Shown here one piece after another: positions 27,976 through 37,309 of a DNA stretch of 37,883 nt. A model generated the notes under the pieces. The model did not search any database, was not told where the DNA came from, and saw only the letters and a list, made by a program, of their open reading frames with translations. Made by a program: the position numbers and the translations under genes. The stretch comes from Microcoleaceae cyanobacterium (GTDB lineage Bacteria > Cyanobacteriota > Cyanobacteriia > Leptolyngbyales > Leptolyngbyaceae), in contig DATNPU010000138.1 in the NCBI GenBank assembly GCA_036703105.1, positions 1 through 37,883 of the forward strand, written 5' to 3'. Within the stretch, counting starts at the first letter, position 1. The number at the start of each line of letters is the position of its first letter.

Positions 27976-28064
27976 CGCCCTCAACCCCCGGTTAAGCCAG
28001 TGCTGAGGGTTGAGGGCTGAGGCGCGGAGAAAAGGTTAATCCTCAGCCCTCGGTTCTCAGTTCT
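27976..28064. repeat. STRR-like heptamer inverted repeats between convergent genes; probable terminator/stabiliser
   Basis: GCCCTCAACCC pairs with GGGTTGAGGGC, and GAGGGCTGAGG pairs with CCTCAGCCCTC; similar to 3697-3759. Confidence 0.65.
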
Positions 28065-28478
28065 TTAAGGATTACACTTCACACTTGTATTTAACTGAGC
28101 CAGGGCTGCATCAACAGCCGCTACTTCATCCTTAATGGATGCCTGAGCCTGAGCCAGGGTGGCTTTATCAGGAATTTTCTTAACCGCTGTCTCTAATTGC
28201 TTCCGGGCTTTACGCAAATCATCAATCTGAGCTTCTTGCACCGCTTGTGCTGACTTTTTCACCTCTTCGTAGCGATCGTCAACATCTTTCCGGGCCTGTT
28301 TTAGCTCTTTGACCGTATTGTTCGGCCCCATACTGCGTAACGTTGCCACAGCAGTTTTCAGACTCGCTAAATCCTGGCAGAGTTCAGCCTGTCTTGCCGC
28401 TGTATTCGAAGCACCATTGCCACAACCTGTAGCAGCAATAAGTAACACGATTGCTGCCATTAAGATCGGCGTTTTCAT
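28065..28478 (-). CDS. Hypothetical helical lipoprotein
   Basis: AGGAG RBS then MKTPILMAAIVLLIAATGC (lipobox-like Cys). The upstream extension in the ORF track overlaps the next gene. Confidence 0.7.
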   Translation of the reverse strand: MKTPILMAAIVLLIAATGCGNGASNTAARQAELCQDLASLKTAVATLRSMGPNNTVKELKQARKDVDDRYEEVKKSAQAVQEAQIDDLRKARKQLETAVKKIPDKATLAQAQASIKDEVAAVDAALAQLNTSVKCNP

Positions 28479-28539
28479 AACCATCTCCTGCATCACACCA
28501 ACCATCAGATTAGGGCAATGATATTGACCTAGGCAAATC

Positions 28540-28935
28540 TTAATTTGATTTACCGTCACTCCCAAGATACTCTCGATACCCACAGATTTGTTCCCCCCGT
28601 ACATCGAAGGAAACTGCAATCCGATTTTTGTAGGGTTGTCCTCGCATTAACCCCTGATCTCGGAACTCAAAAACTACGGTTGTTTCATTGCTAGTGACGC
28701 GATCGAGCATCAGAGTCAACCCTGGCTGAAACACATCATTTACATAATGAAAAAATTCCCTGGCTCGGTCTTTGCCAACATTTAAGCCATGATATTCTCC
28801 GATCGGAAACCAGAAGGTAAAGTCATCCGTTAGCATGGCCAGGAACCCCTGCCAGTCACCCGTTGCCAGACCATGCTGAAAATGCTGAAAGGCTCGTTGC
28901 CCAACCTGTAGAGTATGCTGGAATTGCTCTGCCAT
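28540..28935 (-). CDS. SnoaL-like / NTF2-family protein
   Basis: GDWQGFLAMLTDDFTFWFP...TVVFEFRD...FDVRGEQICGYREY. Confidence 0.85.
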   Translation of the reverse strand: MAEQFQHTLQVGQRAFQHFQHGLATGDWQGFLAMLTDDFTFWFPIGEYHGLNVGKDRAREFFHYVNDVFQPGLTLMLDRVTSNETTVVFEFRDQGLMRGQPYKNRIAVSFDVRGEQICGYREYLGSDGKSN

Positions 28936-28959
28936 GAAAGGGGATGAATAATATTTAAC

Positions 28960-29454
28960 TCAGGATGAACTGGATAGCTCAGGATGCTGAACAATTAACA
29001 CTGAACAGGGAGAATGGTGAGCCACATAGTTGCTAACACTACTCAGGACTAACTCTTTCAAACCACTATATCCCCGTCGCCCAATCACAATCAGGTGCGC
29101 ATTCCAAATCCTCGCTAGTTCACAAATGGCTTGCCCTGGATCGCCCAGCGACTGGGTAAATTCAGTTGAGACTCCAGCTGCGATCGCGGCATCAGCCCGA
29201 GCTTTCAAAAACTCAATTCCCTGTTTCTCCAATATTTCCCATTGTTGCAGATGCACTCTCATCGCCTCAGCTTGCAACCCTGGATAAGTAGGATCGGTAG
29301 GAAACACGGGATTGGGATAATCCTGACCAAACGGAGACAACACATGGATCAACATCAGATTGGCATTAGTGGCGTTTGCTAAAGCGACAGCTTCATCAAA
29401 CGCTTGCTGACTCACTTCTGATTGATCGATCGCAACAAGAATTTTTTGAAACAT
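28960..29454 (-). CDS. Universal stress protein (UspA family)
   Basis: MFQKILVAID...GDPGQAIC...LIVIGRRG...SVSNYVAHHSPCSVLIV. Confidence 0.95.
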   Translation of the reverse strand: MFQKILVAIDQSEVSQQAFDEAVALANATNANLMLIHVLSPFGQDYPNPVFPTDPTYPGLQAEAMRVHLQQWEILEKQGIEFLKARADAAIAAGVSTEFTQSLGDPGQAICELARIWNAHLIVIGRRGYSGLKELVLSSVSNYVAHHSPCSVLIVQHPELSSSS

Positions 29455-29566
29455 GCCAACCGATCCTTAGTTAGTTGCTTCGGGATGTGGTCATCATATC
29501 AAATCCCCTGACTAAACGTTCAAATGTGGAAATTGCCTTCATCCGCTTAGGTCGCCCGATCGCGGA

Positions 29567-31246
29567 CTACTTCACGGATTGCAAAACGTTAAATTTCAGC
29601 AGATACACCAACGTACGCAGCAACCGTATCCGGGTCGCAGGTTCCGTCCCACCACACTGCTGAATAATCTCTGTCACGGTTAGGGATCCAGATTGAGCGA
29701 TCGTGGCAATCACGCGATCAACAACGTCCGGAGCGGCTCGGCGATCGGCCCCAAAGTTAACCATCCAGGTAGCCCGTAACTGCTGTAAGCGATCGGGATC
29801 TGCCATTGCTCCCAACGCTAATGTTTGATGGGCACTCAACTGCTGGGTAGGATAATGAGCATACAGCCGACAGGGATCATCACAAAAGGGCTGTGCGGGT
29901 TGCCCTGGCGATAGTGGGGCCGAAACATGGGCGGCTGTTTGTAATTCTACCTGCTCTTGCCATAAGGCTTCATAAGCCCGGATCACAACTTGCCAATCAT
30001 AAACTTCCCGTGCCCGTTGCCGCCCATTTTCACCTAAACGTTGTCGCAGTTCTGGCTGGGTAAATAGTGCAGATAAGGCATGAGTACAAGCCTCAATATC
30101 AACCGCAGTCACTAAGCTAATATGACCCACATAAGTGCTGTAGTTGAGTGAGTCATCAAAGTAATTAGCGGCAAAATCTAAACCACACCCTGCGGGTGCT
30201 AATGTTGTCGGAATGCGGAACCCATCCACTTCATGCCGCACCGTTTCCTGATAGCCATCCCAGTCCGTCACAATCACTGGCAAGCCTGCCGCCATCGCTT
30301 CGATCGGAGTTAGACCAAAGGTTTCTTGAATGTTGTCAGCGAGAGAAATAAACACATCCGCCACTGACCAAATCGATTGGCGAATCTCCGGTTGCCGCCC
30401 ATCCACAAATACAACATTCACACTAGGACAGAATGCCGTAGCAGCTTGCTGAAAGGCTGCTTCCTGTTGCTGATCTTCAAACCAACCGGCCTGCACTAAA
30501 TGGACTTTAGTTGTTGTCGTTTGAGCTGCCTGTTCGATCGCCAAATACATTGGTACAGGATGAGCTTTGGCATGGAAAATCAACCGTCCGACAAATAGAA
30601 CTACCAGTTCATCCTCAGGAATCCCAAGCTGATGACGTAACTGTTGCCGTGCTACCCGAGCAGCCTGTCCTTGCAGAAAAGCCGCGCTATCAATGCCTAA
30701 GGGAATCACGGGCAACTTGAAATTGATGCTGGGACGGGCAGCAAATCGTTGGGCTAAATAATCCGCCCAATCATTCAAGAGTCGCTCCACTAAAGTTCTG
30801 ACAGCACTGGAGGTACAAATAATCGCATCCCAGGGTTGAATCGGGGCAATCAACAAATCGCCCAATCCCGCCATCACCTCTTTACTGGCCAGGGTATGGG
30901 TAATCCCGCAAAGGCTATACGCTGCTTGATTGTGATAGCGCCGTTGCCACGCCAATTGAGACAACATCGGATCAGGGCGATACAATACCCCCGGCTCTGC
31001 CAGCGTGATCGGACGATCGGCAGACACCCAGCGCACCGATCGCCCATTGGCTAACCAGGGGTGCACCTGTTGGCAAAACTCCTCAAATTCCTTGCGGGTA
31101 TGGGTGCAACAGTAGAGCGATTCAGCAGTACCATATCGGCTCATGGCTTTCAGGAAGCCTTCACTCGCAGCCTGACGACCCATCAGTCGTTGGCTATTGG
31201 TATCGTATCCCGCCCGCTGATACAGAATTGCTGCTGTTTTTGCCAT
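29567..31246 (-). CDS. Glycosyltransferase family 4 (GT-B) protein
   Basis: VIPLGID, VLFVGRL, and ETFGLTPIEAMAAGLPVIV (E-X7-E motif). Confidence 0.92.
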   Translation of the reverse strand: MAKTAAILYQRAGYDTNSQRLMGRQAASEGFLKAMSRYGTAESLYCCTHTRKEFEEFCQQVHPWLANGRSVRWVSADRPITLAEPGVLYRPDPMLSQLAWQRRYHNQAAYSLCGITHTLASKEVMAGLGDLLIAPIQPWDAIICTSSAVRTLVERLLNDWADYLAQRFAARPSINFKLPVIPLGIDSAAFLQGQAARVARQQLRHQLGIPEDELVVLFVGRLIFHAKAHPVPMYLAIEQAAQTTTTKVHLVQAGWFEDQQQEAAFQQAATAFCPSVNVVFVDGRQPEIRQSIWSVADVFISLADNIQETFGLTPIEAMAAGLPVIVTDWDGYQETVRHEVDGFRIPTTLAPAGCGLDFAANYFDDSLNYSTYVGHISLVTAVDIEACTHALSALFTQPELRQRLGENGRQRAREVYDWQVVIRAYEALWQEQVELQTAAHVSAPLSPGQPAQPFCDDPCRLYAHYPTQQLSAHQTLALGAMADPDRLQQLRATWMVNFGADRRAAPDVVDRVIATIAQSGSLTVTEIIQQCGGTEPATRIRLLRTLVYLLKFNVLQSVK

Positions 31247-31264
31247 GTTTAGGGAAATGGAGTT

Positions 31265-31504
31265 TTAGGACCAATCGTAAACGATTTCGCCGCGATCGAC
31301 CTTCTCCCGAATCAATTCCCGGACTAAATCCAGTTCTTCAATTAACACCCTACCGTCAGCCGCAATCATCGCTTTAATCTGCGTTATTTCACTGGAGGTA
31401 ATCACACCATCTGCTACAGCCCGGTTAATCACAACTTTCAACTTTTCTAACTCTTGTTGTTCTGCGGGGGTAAGTGGCTTGAAATTGCAGCGTTCAACTT
31501 GCAT
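31265..31504 (-). CDS. Small hypothetical protein (TerB-like ADG repeats)
   Basis: GGGAGG RBS; AVADGVITSSE...AADGRVLIEE duplicated motif. Confidence 0.7.
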   Translation of the reverse strand: MQVERCNFKPLTPAEQQELEKLKVVINRAVADGVITSSEITQIKAMIAADGRVLIEELDLVRELIREKVDRGEIVYDWS

Positions 31505-31634
31505 AGAAACCTCCCGTCATCTAGTTTAGTTGACAGTGATATGAAGAGATGTCGCAGTTTGATCTGACATCCACTGTTACTATAGGCATGAAAAAATTGA
31601 AATTTGAATTCTTTCACACTGAATTTAACTCGCG

Positions 31635-32456
31635 TTAACAAATTGTCATTTGGGCTACTAAGGCTGAGGCAGGCTTCAGTAGTTCGGAATTAACCGCGAT
31701 CGCATCGGGATACTGCTGAAGTAACGATCTCACGATCTCCCCAAGATCTGCATTCCCTTTACGGGCACCTAACCCATTAATCGAACACTCAACTTGTCTG
31801 GCCCCTACCCGAACCGCCGCGAGCGAATTGTCTACCGCTAAACCTCGATCGTCATGGCAATGCACCGCAATCACCGCTTGATCGATATTAGGAACCCGAT
31901 CGATTACCTGAGCAATCAAATCAGAGAATGTCTCTGGAGTCGCCACCCCCAAACTATCTGGAATATTCACAGTAGTAGCTCCAGCCGCGATCGCCACTTC
32001 GATCGATCGACATAAAAAGTCAGGGTTGCTGCGAGTGGCATCAAAGGCGCTCCACTCCACATCATCACAGTAGTTTCTGGCTAACGTGACGCTGGTTTTG
32101 ATTAACTCTAGCGTTTGGTATGGCGGCGACCCTTTAGGTAAATTAACCGCTGCATAGGTGTGAATGCGAGGTCTACACGTCGATCGCAAAGCTGTAGCTG
32201 TTTGCTCAATTTCATGCGGTTTAGCGCCACTCAGTCCACACACGATCGCCTGACGCACAACCTGCGACACTTGCACTATAGCCTCAAAATCCTGTGCTGA
32301 TGCGGCCGGGTAGCTGACTTCAATCACGTCCACCCCCAGTTGTTCCAGTAATTGAGCTAACTCAAGTTTCTGCGCGACCGTTAGCTTTACACCGGGAGCT
32401 AATTCGCCATCCCGCATGGTGGTATCCAATAGCCTGATCGGTTTAGGGCATGACAT
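31635..32456 (-). CDS. Truncated LeuA/homocitrate synthase-like DRE-TIM (HMGL-like) protein, catalytic barrel only
   Basis: DTTMRDGE, NIPDSLG, HCHDDRGLA and SINGLGARKGNA motifs; ends right after the barrel; ATG at 32456 overlaps the upstream kinase stop. Confidence 0.85.
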   Translation of the reverse strand: MSCPKPIRLLDTTMRDGELAPGVKLTVAQKLELAQLLEQLGVDVIEVSYPAASAQDFEAIVQVSQVVRQAIVCGLSGAKPHEIEQTATALRSTCRPRIHTYAAVNLPKGSPPYQTLELIKTSVTLARNYCDDVEWSAFDATRSNPDFLCRSIEVAIAAGATTVNIPDSLGVATPETFSDLIAQVIDRVPNIDQAVIAVHCHDDRGLAVDNSLAAVRVGARQVECSINGLGARKGNADLGEIVRSLLQQYPDAIAVNSELLKPASALVAQMTIC

Positions 32457-35400
32457 TGTCAGGAGCAATCGTTTGAATCGGTAATTCAACTGTAAAACAA
32501 GTGCGATTAGAGTTACTTTCGACGCGAATGGTTCCGCCTAAATGTTCAGCTAATTTTTGTACCAGTGCCAGTCCTAATCCTGTACCACCCTGTTTCCAGC
32601 GATCGACACCAGGAACACGATAGAACTTTTCAAACAAGCGGGGGAGTTCGCTCGCCGGAATTTCTACGCCGGAATTACACACGATTAATTGCACAATTCC
32701 CAATGAGGCAAACCCTTCAGCCCGAGCCACTTCAGTGTTGTAGGAATGAGGTCTAACCTGAATAGTCAAAGTAATATGTTCACCGGGCGGCGTGTATTTA
32801 CAGGCATTGTTCAGTAGCTCTGCCAAGATCCGGTTGAGGCAGATCGCATCAGAGATCAGCGTCGGTAAATTCTCTGGCAAATTCACCTGTAACAGTTGTT
32901 CCCGATTTCGCATCCGTTCCCGGAAAGGCTCAATCATGTCTACAATCCAGGTTTGCAACGGAATAGCTTCCAGATCTAAAACCCTCGTGCCCGAAGCTAA
33001 CCGTTGTAAGTCCAGTAGATCATTAATTAAATCGGCCTCTCGAATACATTCAGACTGGAGGATTTCTAGATAGCGATCCCGTCGCTCCTCCGTAGGAGCC
33101 AGTTTTAGCATGTGAATTGCCATTTTCATATTCGCGATCGGAGTTCGTAATTCATGGGAAACAGTGCTCAGAAAATCATCCTTAAGATGATTCAGTTCCT
33201 CTAAAACTTGTACCTGAATTTGCGCCGCTTGATACAAACGAGCTTGCCGAATCGCGATCGCGCATTGATTCGCGACTTGTAACACTAAGCGAATTTCTGC
33301 TTCACTAAAGCTGGCTTCCTTGGGCCGGAATAACTGCAAATTTCCTAAAATTCCCTGATCATCAATAATCGGACAGACCAGAATTGCCTTATGCTCTGGT
33401 GTGGTCATCGATGGCCCAAGGTCACAAAACTGAAGGCTTTGAGCCGCTAGCAGTTGTGGGTAAATCATGGCAAGGCTCACCATAGGCGACAATTCGGCTG
33501 GAGTTGCCGTTGTTCCAGTGGCCGATTGATACGAAATGATCGTGGTTTGGTCAGAATTAAACAGTGCCGTATCGCAGCGATCGATCTTCAAGCTATCGAC
33601 CAATTCCTGCACCACTGTTTGCAAAATTTGCGATTCATCCAGGCTATCCCGCACCTTATCAATAATTCGCTTTAACGTGGCTTCGTAAGTTAGCGCTAGC
33701 TGCAATTGCGCTGTCCGTTCTTCAACCTGAGCTTCCAGAATTGAATTTAACCGCTGTTCATGTTGATACAAGTTGGATTGCTGAATCGCGATCGCCACTT
33801 GCGCCGCCAGTTGACGTAATAAATCGGCTTCCCAGGGTTGCCATTGACGGCTAGAGCGGCATTGATGGACAATCAACAATCCCCACAAATCTTCACCCTG
33901 CAAAATCGGTACGACCAGTTTCGATCGCACCTCTAACCGCTTCAGCACCTCTACTAAACTCGGTGCTATCTGATCAGTTTCGACATCCACCACACTCCGA
34001 ATGGAACCTTGTCGATAAAAGTGATAGCATTCTGCCGGAAATATTTCTTCTGGTAACGATCGCTCAAGAATCGCCGAGCAGCCTGGATGAGTAGACTCAC
34101 TAATTAGCTGACCTGTACCCTGACAAATTTCGTAAATTAATACCCGGTCTGCCTCAAGTAATTGCCGCACTTCTTGCACAGTGGTATTCAAAATTTCTTC
34201 CAGGTTTAATGATTGCCGCATCCGTTGAGCGATCGTCGCTAGTAATCGCTCCCGTTCTGCTTGTTGCCGGAGAATCACCTCAGCCTGTTTGCGCTCCGTA
34301 ATATCCTGAGCAACCCCAACAATTCGGTAAACAACGCCCGCCGTATTACGAACTGGAAAGGCCCGGTCCCAAATCCACCGCTCTGTACCATCCGGTTGTA
34401 TCACCCGGTATTCTTCGTTGTAAGACCCTTGAATCTGCTGCGGAAAAGCTGCCAAAACCCGCGCTCGATCGTCTGGATGAATGGCTTCGACAAACGATTG
34501 GGGCGACTCAAATAGACTTTCACAGCTCCGTCCCCAGATCGTTTCATAGGCACGACTCACATACAGTAATTCCTGCTTATTTACAGAACTCATCCAGAAC
34601 ACTTCCCGAATGTTTTCTGCCATTTGCCGAAACCGTTCTTCACTCTCTCGCAAAGCAGCTTCCGCTTGAAGGCGTTCTGCAATTTCAGCCGCCAACTCAT
34701 CATTCATGTACCGTAAGGCTTGGGTGCGTTCTTGTACCCGTTGCTCTAAGGTTTCATTCGCCTGTTGAATTTCCAAAAACTTTTGTTTCAGCACCACCGC
34801 CATAGCTCGAAAGTTATGAATTAAAGCGGCCAACTCAGTAATCTGGCTACAGGCCCAAGGAATTGGCTCTTGCTCCAACAGCTTATGGGGTAAATCTGTC
34901 GTCACGATCGCTAATTGAGCAATGGGGCTAACGATTTTCCGACTCACTAAGCTCGCTAAAACTAGTGCTAATCCACAGATTAATAGCAGCAAAGCAATGT
35001 TCTGAGTATGAACCTGCTCAATGTGCTGGACATATGGTGTCGCTGAAAGCTCAACAATAATTGTCCAGCCCGTTTGCTGATCCAGCGCTTCTTTAATGAA
35101 GACAGAATTATTCCAGCGCACCATCAGTAAACTACTCCCCTGGGTTGGCAACCAATGGTAAGCTCCAGAGGCCAATAGCTCAATTTCACCCGCTTGGCGA
35201 CGATCGAAGTTAGTTCGGGCCACCCATTGAGGCTGGGTACTGGCAATCACAGTGCGATGCCGATCCAGCAAGGTAATCCCCAGGGGTTGATGCTCAGCAA
35301 TATCGGCCTTCAGGATCGTATTAATGCTACTCAGTTCAATTTCAGCCAGTACTACCCCCGCAAACGTTCGACCTCGCAGCACCGGCACACCCAAAACGGC

Positions 35401-36459
35401 GATCGCCTTAACCGCCGGTTCCCGCTGAAAGTGAATGTCTGAAAGAAAAGGTTGTCGCATCTGCCGCGCTTCCTGTAGATAGCGATCGCTCAGCATCGGC
35501 AGATTAGGAAAGAGAGATCGTTGGAGATCGGAATTCAGCTTTAGCGAAGGCTTGAGACTAAGCGCAGGTAAAGCCGACGGGGAATCAACATTCAGAAGGA
35601 CATTTCCGGCAGGATCAAGCAAATGAATATGCTGAAAGTCAGGGAAGGTTTGCTCAATCACCTCCGCACTTTGCTGTAAAACATCCAGCCTGGATGGTTC
35701 AGCCGCCGATAGGGCTGCCAGTTTTGTCATCGCTTGCGCCCGTTGCTGATACCAAAGCTGCGTTTCTAATACCAAGTACTTAGACAAGACTTCCAAGCTA
35801 GATTGAGCATCAAGGCGAATGTCGCTAACCACCTGCCGACTATCCAGCACAATTAAGGTCAACGTAGGCAACAAAACAAACGCCATGAACAGATTAAATA
35901 ACGTTTGCCGAAAAGGCAATGTCCAAACGACTTGCGGGCGATCGACCCACCGATGAATAGGTAAATAGGTCATCAACAAGCTGGCCGCCAACGCATTGAA
36001 AATGCCATTAACCGGCTGCTTCAGCAAAATCGTTTGGGCTTGCACCGGATCGACCTGGAGAATGACCACATAAAACAGCCAAATCAGCGGCATTCCTACC
36101 ACTAGCCAGAACAAACCATCCAGCAGCACAATATTCCGATGCTGGCGGTGAAATAGACTGCCCACTAACAACGCTTCTAGCGTGAAGGTAATGATGCTGT
36201 AGGGATGCTGCCAAGTAATATAAGTGCAAGTTCCAGCAATAAATCCGGCTAACGTGCCCCATCTGACGCCATACAGGCAGACGACCAGCCAAACCGCAAT
36301 AGAGCCCAGTAAAAAATCAATATTAAAGAATAAAGTCCAGCGAAAGTAATTGCCTAAAAATCCTAATACTATTAGCAAAATCAGCCCAAATATCGCTCGT
36401 TGAGACAAGCCAAATTGAGAAAACTGTCTAAAGTGACGCAGATATTGAGCTAAGTTCAT
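32443..36459 (-). CDS. Multi-TM sensor histidine kinase (TM sensor-Cache-PAS-GAF-GAF-HisKA-HATPase)
   Basis: Multiple N-terminal TMs, periplasmic Cache-like region, PAS (AIHPDDR), two GAFs, FLSTVSHELRTP, NNACKYT, GGTGLGL. Confidence 0.93.
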   Translation of the reverse strand: MNLAQYLRHFRQFSQFGLSQRAIFGLILLIVLGFLGNYFRWTLFFNIDFLLGSIAVWLVVCLYGVRWGTLAGFIAGTCTYITWQHPYSIITFTLEALLVGSLFHRQHRNIVLLDGLFWLVVGMPLIWLFYVVILQVDPVQAQTILLKQPVNGIFNALAASLLMTYLPIHRWVDRPQVVWTLPFRQTLFNLFMAFVLLPTLTLIVLDSRQVVSDIRLDAQSSLEVLSKYLVLETQLWYQQRAQAMTKLAALSAAEPSRLDVLQQSAEVIEQTFPDFQHIHLLDPAGNVLLNVDSPSALPALSLKPSLKLNSDLQRSLFPNLPMLSDRYLQEARQMRQPFLSDIHFQREPAVKAIAVLGVPVLRGRTFAGVVLAEIELSSINTILKADIAEHQPLGITLLDRHRTVIASTQPQWVARTNFDRRQAGEIELLASGAYHWLPTQGSSLLMVRWNNSVFIKEALDQQTGWTIIVELSATPYVQHIEQVHTQNIALLLLICGLALVLASLVSRKIVSPIAQLAIVTTDLPHKLLEQEPIPWACSQITELAALIHNFRAMAVVLKQKFLEIQQANETLEQRVQERTQALRYMNDELAAEIAERLQAEAALRESEERFRQMAENIREVFWMSSVNKQELLYVSRAYETIWGRSCESLFESPQSFVEAIHPDDRARVLAAFPQQIQGSYNEEYRVIQPDGTERWIWDRAFPVRNTAGVVYRIVGVAQDITERKQAEVILRQQAERERLLATIAQRMRQSLNLEEILNTTVQEVRQLLEADRVLIYEICQGTGQLISESTHPGCSAILERSLPEEIFPAECYHFYRQGSIRSVVDVETDQIAPSLVEVLKRLEVRSKLVVPILQGEDLWGLLIVHQCRSSRQWQPWEADLLRQLAAQVAIAIQQSNLYQHEQRLNSILEAQVEERTAQLQLALTYEATLKRIIDKVRDSLDESQILQTVVQELVDSLKIDRCDTALFNSDQTTIISYQSATGTTATPAELSPMVSLAMIYPQLLAAQSLQFCDLGPSMTTPEHKAILVCPIIDDQGILGNLQLFRPKEASFSEAEIRLVLQVANQCAIAIRQARLYQAAQIQVQVLEELNHLKDDFLSTVSHELRTPIANMKMAIHMLKLAPTEERRDRYLEILQSECIREADLINDLLDLQRLASGTRVLDLEAIPLQTWIVDMIEPFRERMRNREQLLQVNLPENLPTLISDAICLNRILAELLNNACKYTPPGEHITLTIQVRPHSYNTEVARAEGFASLGIVQLIVCNSGVEIPASELPRLFEKFYRVPGVDRWKQGGTGLGLALVQKLAEHLGGTIRVESNSNRTCFTVELPIQTIAPDNVMP

Positions 36460-36534
36460 GATCGGTTTTCTATTCCTGATCTGACTGTACCTCGATCGCT
36501 CTAAGCGTAGATTATTAACATACGAATCTAAACG

Positions 36535-36548
36535 GTATAACGCGATAC
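36535..36548 (-). promoter_or_regulatory. Candidate NtcA-binding site (GTA-N8-TAC)
   Basis: GTAtaacgcgaTAC, extended palindrome GGTAT...ATACC; a TAN3T hexamer (TAATCT) lies 20 nt downstream on the minus strand, upstream of the kinase ATG. Confidence 0.35.
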
Positions 36549-36817
36549 CAGAGCTTTTGTCTATTAATCCCTAAACCACGCCAACAACTTACCAGCTCTT
36601 AATAAATTTCTACCGATCTCGAATTTGCTTTGCAATTAGATACATTGATTCCATCAAGCTATCATCTCTTTGGTCAACATTTCTTGATGTTGTACAGACC
36701 TAACCTAAAATACCTGGGTATTCTTTAGCTAGCCGCGAAACAGCAGTCATTAACGTCAAGGAATGGGCACCGTTCAATAGTTAATTCTGCCTACCAAACC
36801 AGTTCTTTAGGTGATTT

Positions 36818-37303
36818 CTATCGCACATCTAATCGCATTTCATTACTAACCAAAAAGCCCAGTTGATCATACACAGGTTTACCCAAAGGTGAGGCGTGCA
36901 GAATGATGCGAGTACAGTTTAAGGATTTTAAGTACGCGATCGCGTGTGCCGTTAATTGCTTCCCAAACCCCTGTGATCGATAAGCGGGTTCAACATACAC
37001 GCCCCAGATATAGCCATACTTGCGATGGTGATCTGTCAGCACTAATGGATAGAGTCCAGCAAATAGCTGGCAACCCACAGACCCCACGATCGTGCCGTTC
37101 ACCTCGATCACAAAAGCCTGATAGCTCAGGGTTTGGCGAGCATGATCCACAAATTTCTGCACCACAACTGGCCAGTCCGCCACAATCCGATCTGTCGTCA
37201 CGCCGTTATCCAACCACAGTTGATAGAAATGTTGGGCAATAACGGCATCGTCCGAAGCTGTCGCTGCTCTCAGAGAACTGCTGGGGGGCGGTAATTGCGT
37301 CAT
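36818..37303 (-). CDS. GNAT-family N-acetyltransferase
   Basis: VYVEPAYRSQGFGKQL acetyl-CoA motif A; LHASPLGKPVYDQLGF. Confidence 0.93.
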   Translation of the reverse strand: MTQLPPPSSSLRAATASDDAVIAQHFYQLWLDNGVTTDRIVADWPVVVQKFVDHARQTLSYQAFVIEVNGTIVGSVGCQLFAGLYPLVLTDHHRKYGYIWGVYVEPAYRSQGFGKQLTAHAIAYLKSLNCTRIILHASPLGKPVYDQLGFLVSNEMRLDVR

Positions 37304-37309
37304 ATCAGG

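Noticed and set aside
31533-31577. ACAGTG/CACTGT and GATGTC/GACATC inverted pairs upstream of the small gene
   Set aside because: The arms are short and interrupted, so they cannot be distinguished from chance.
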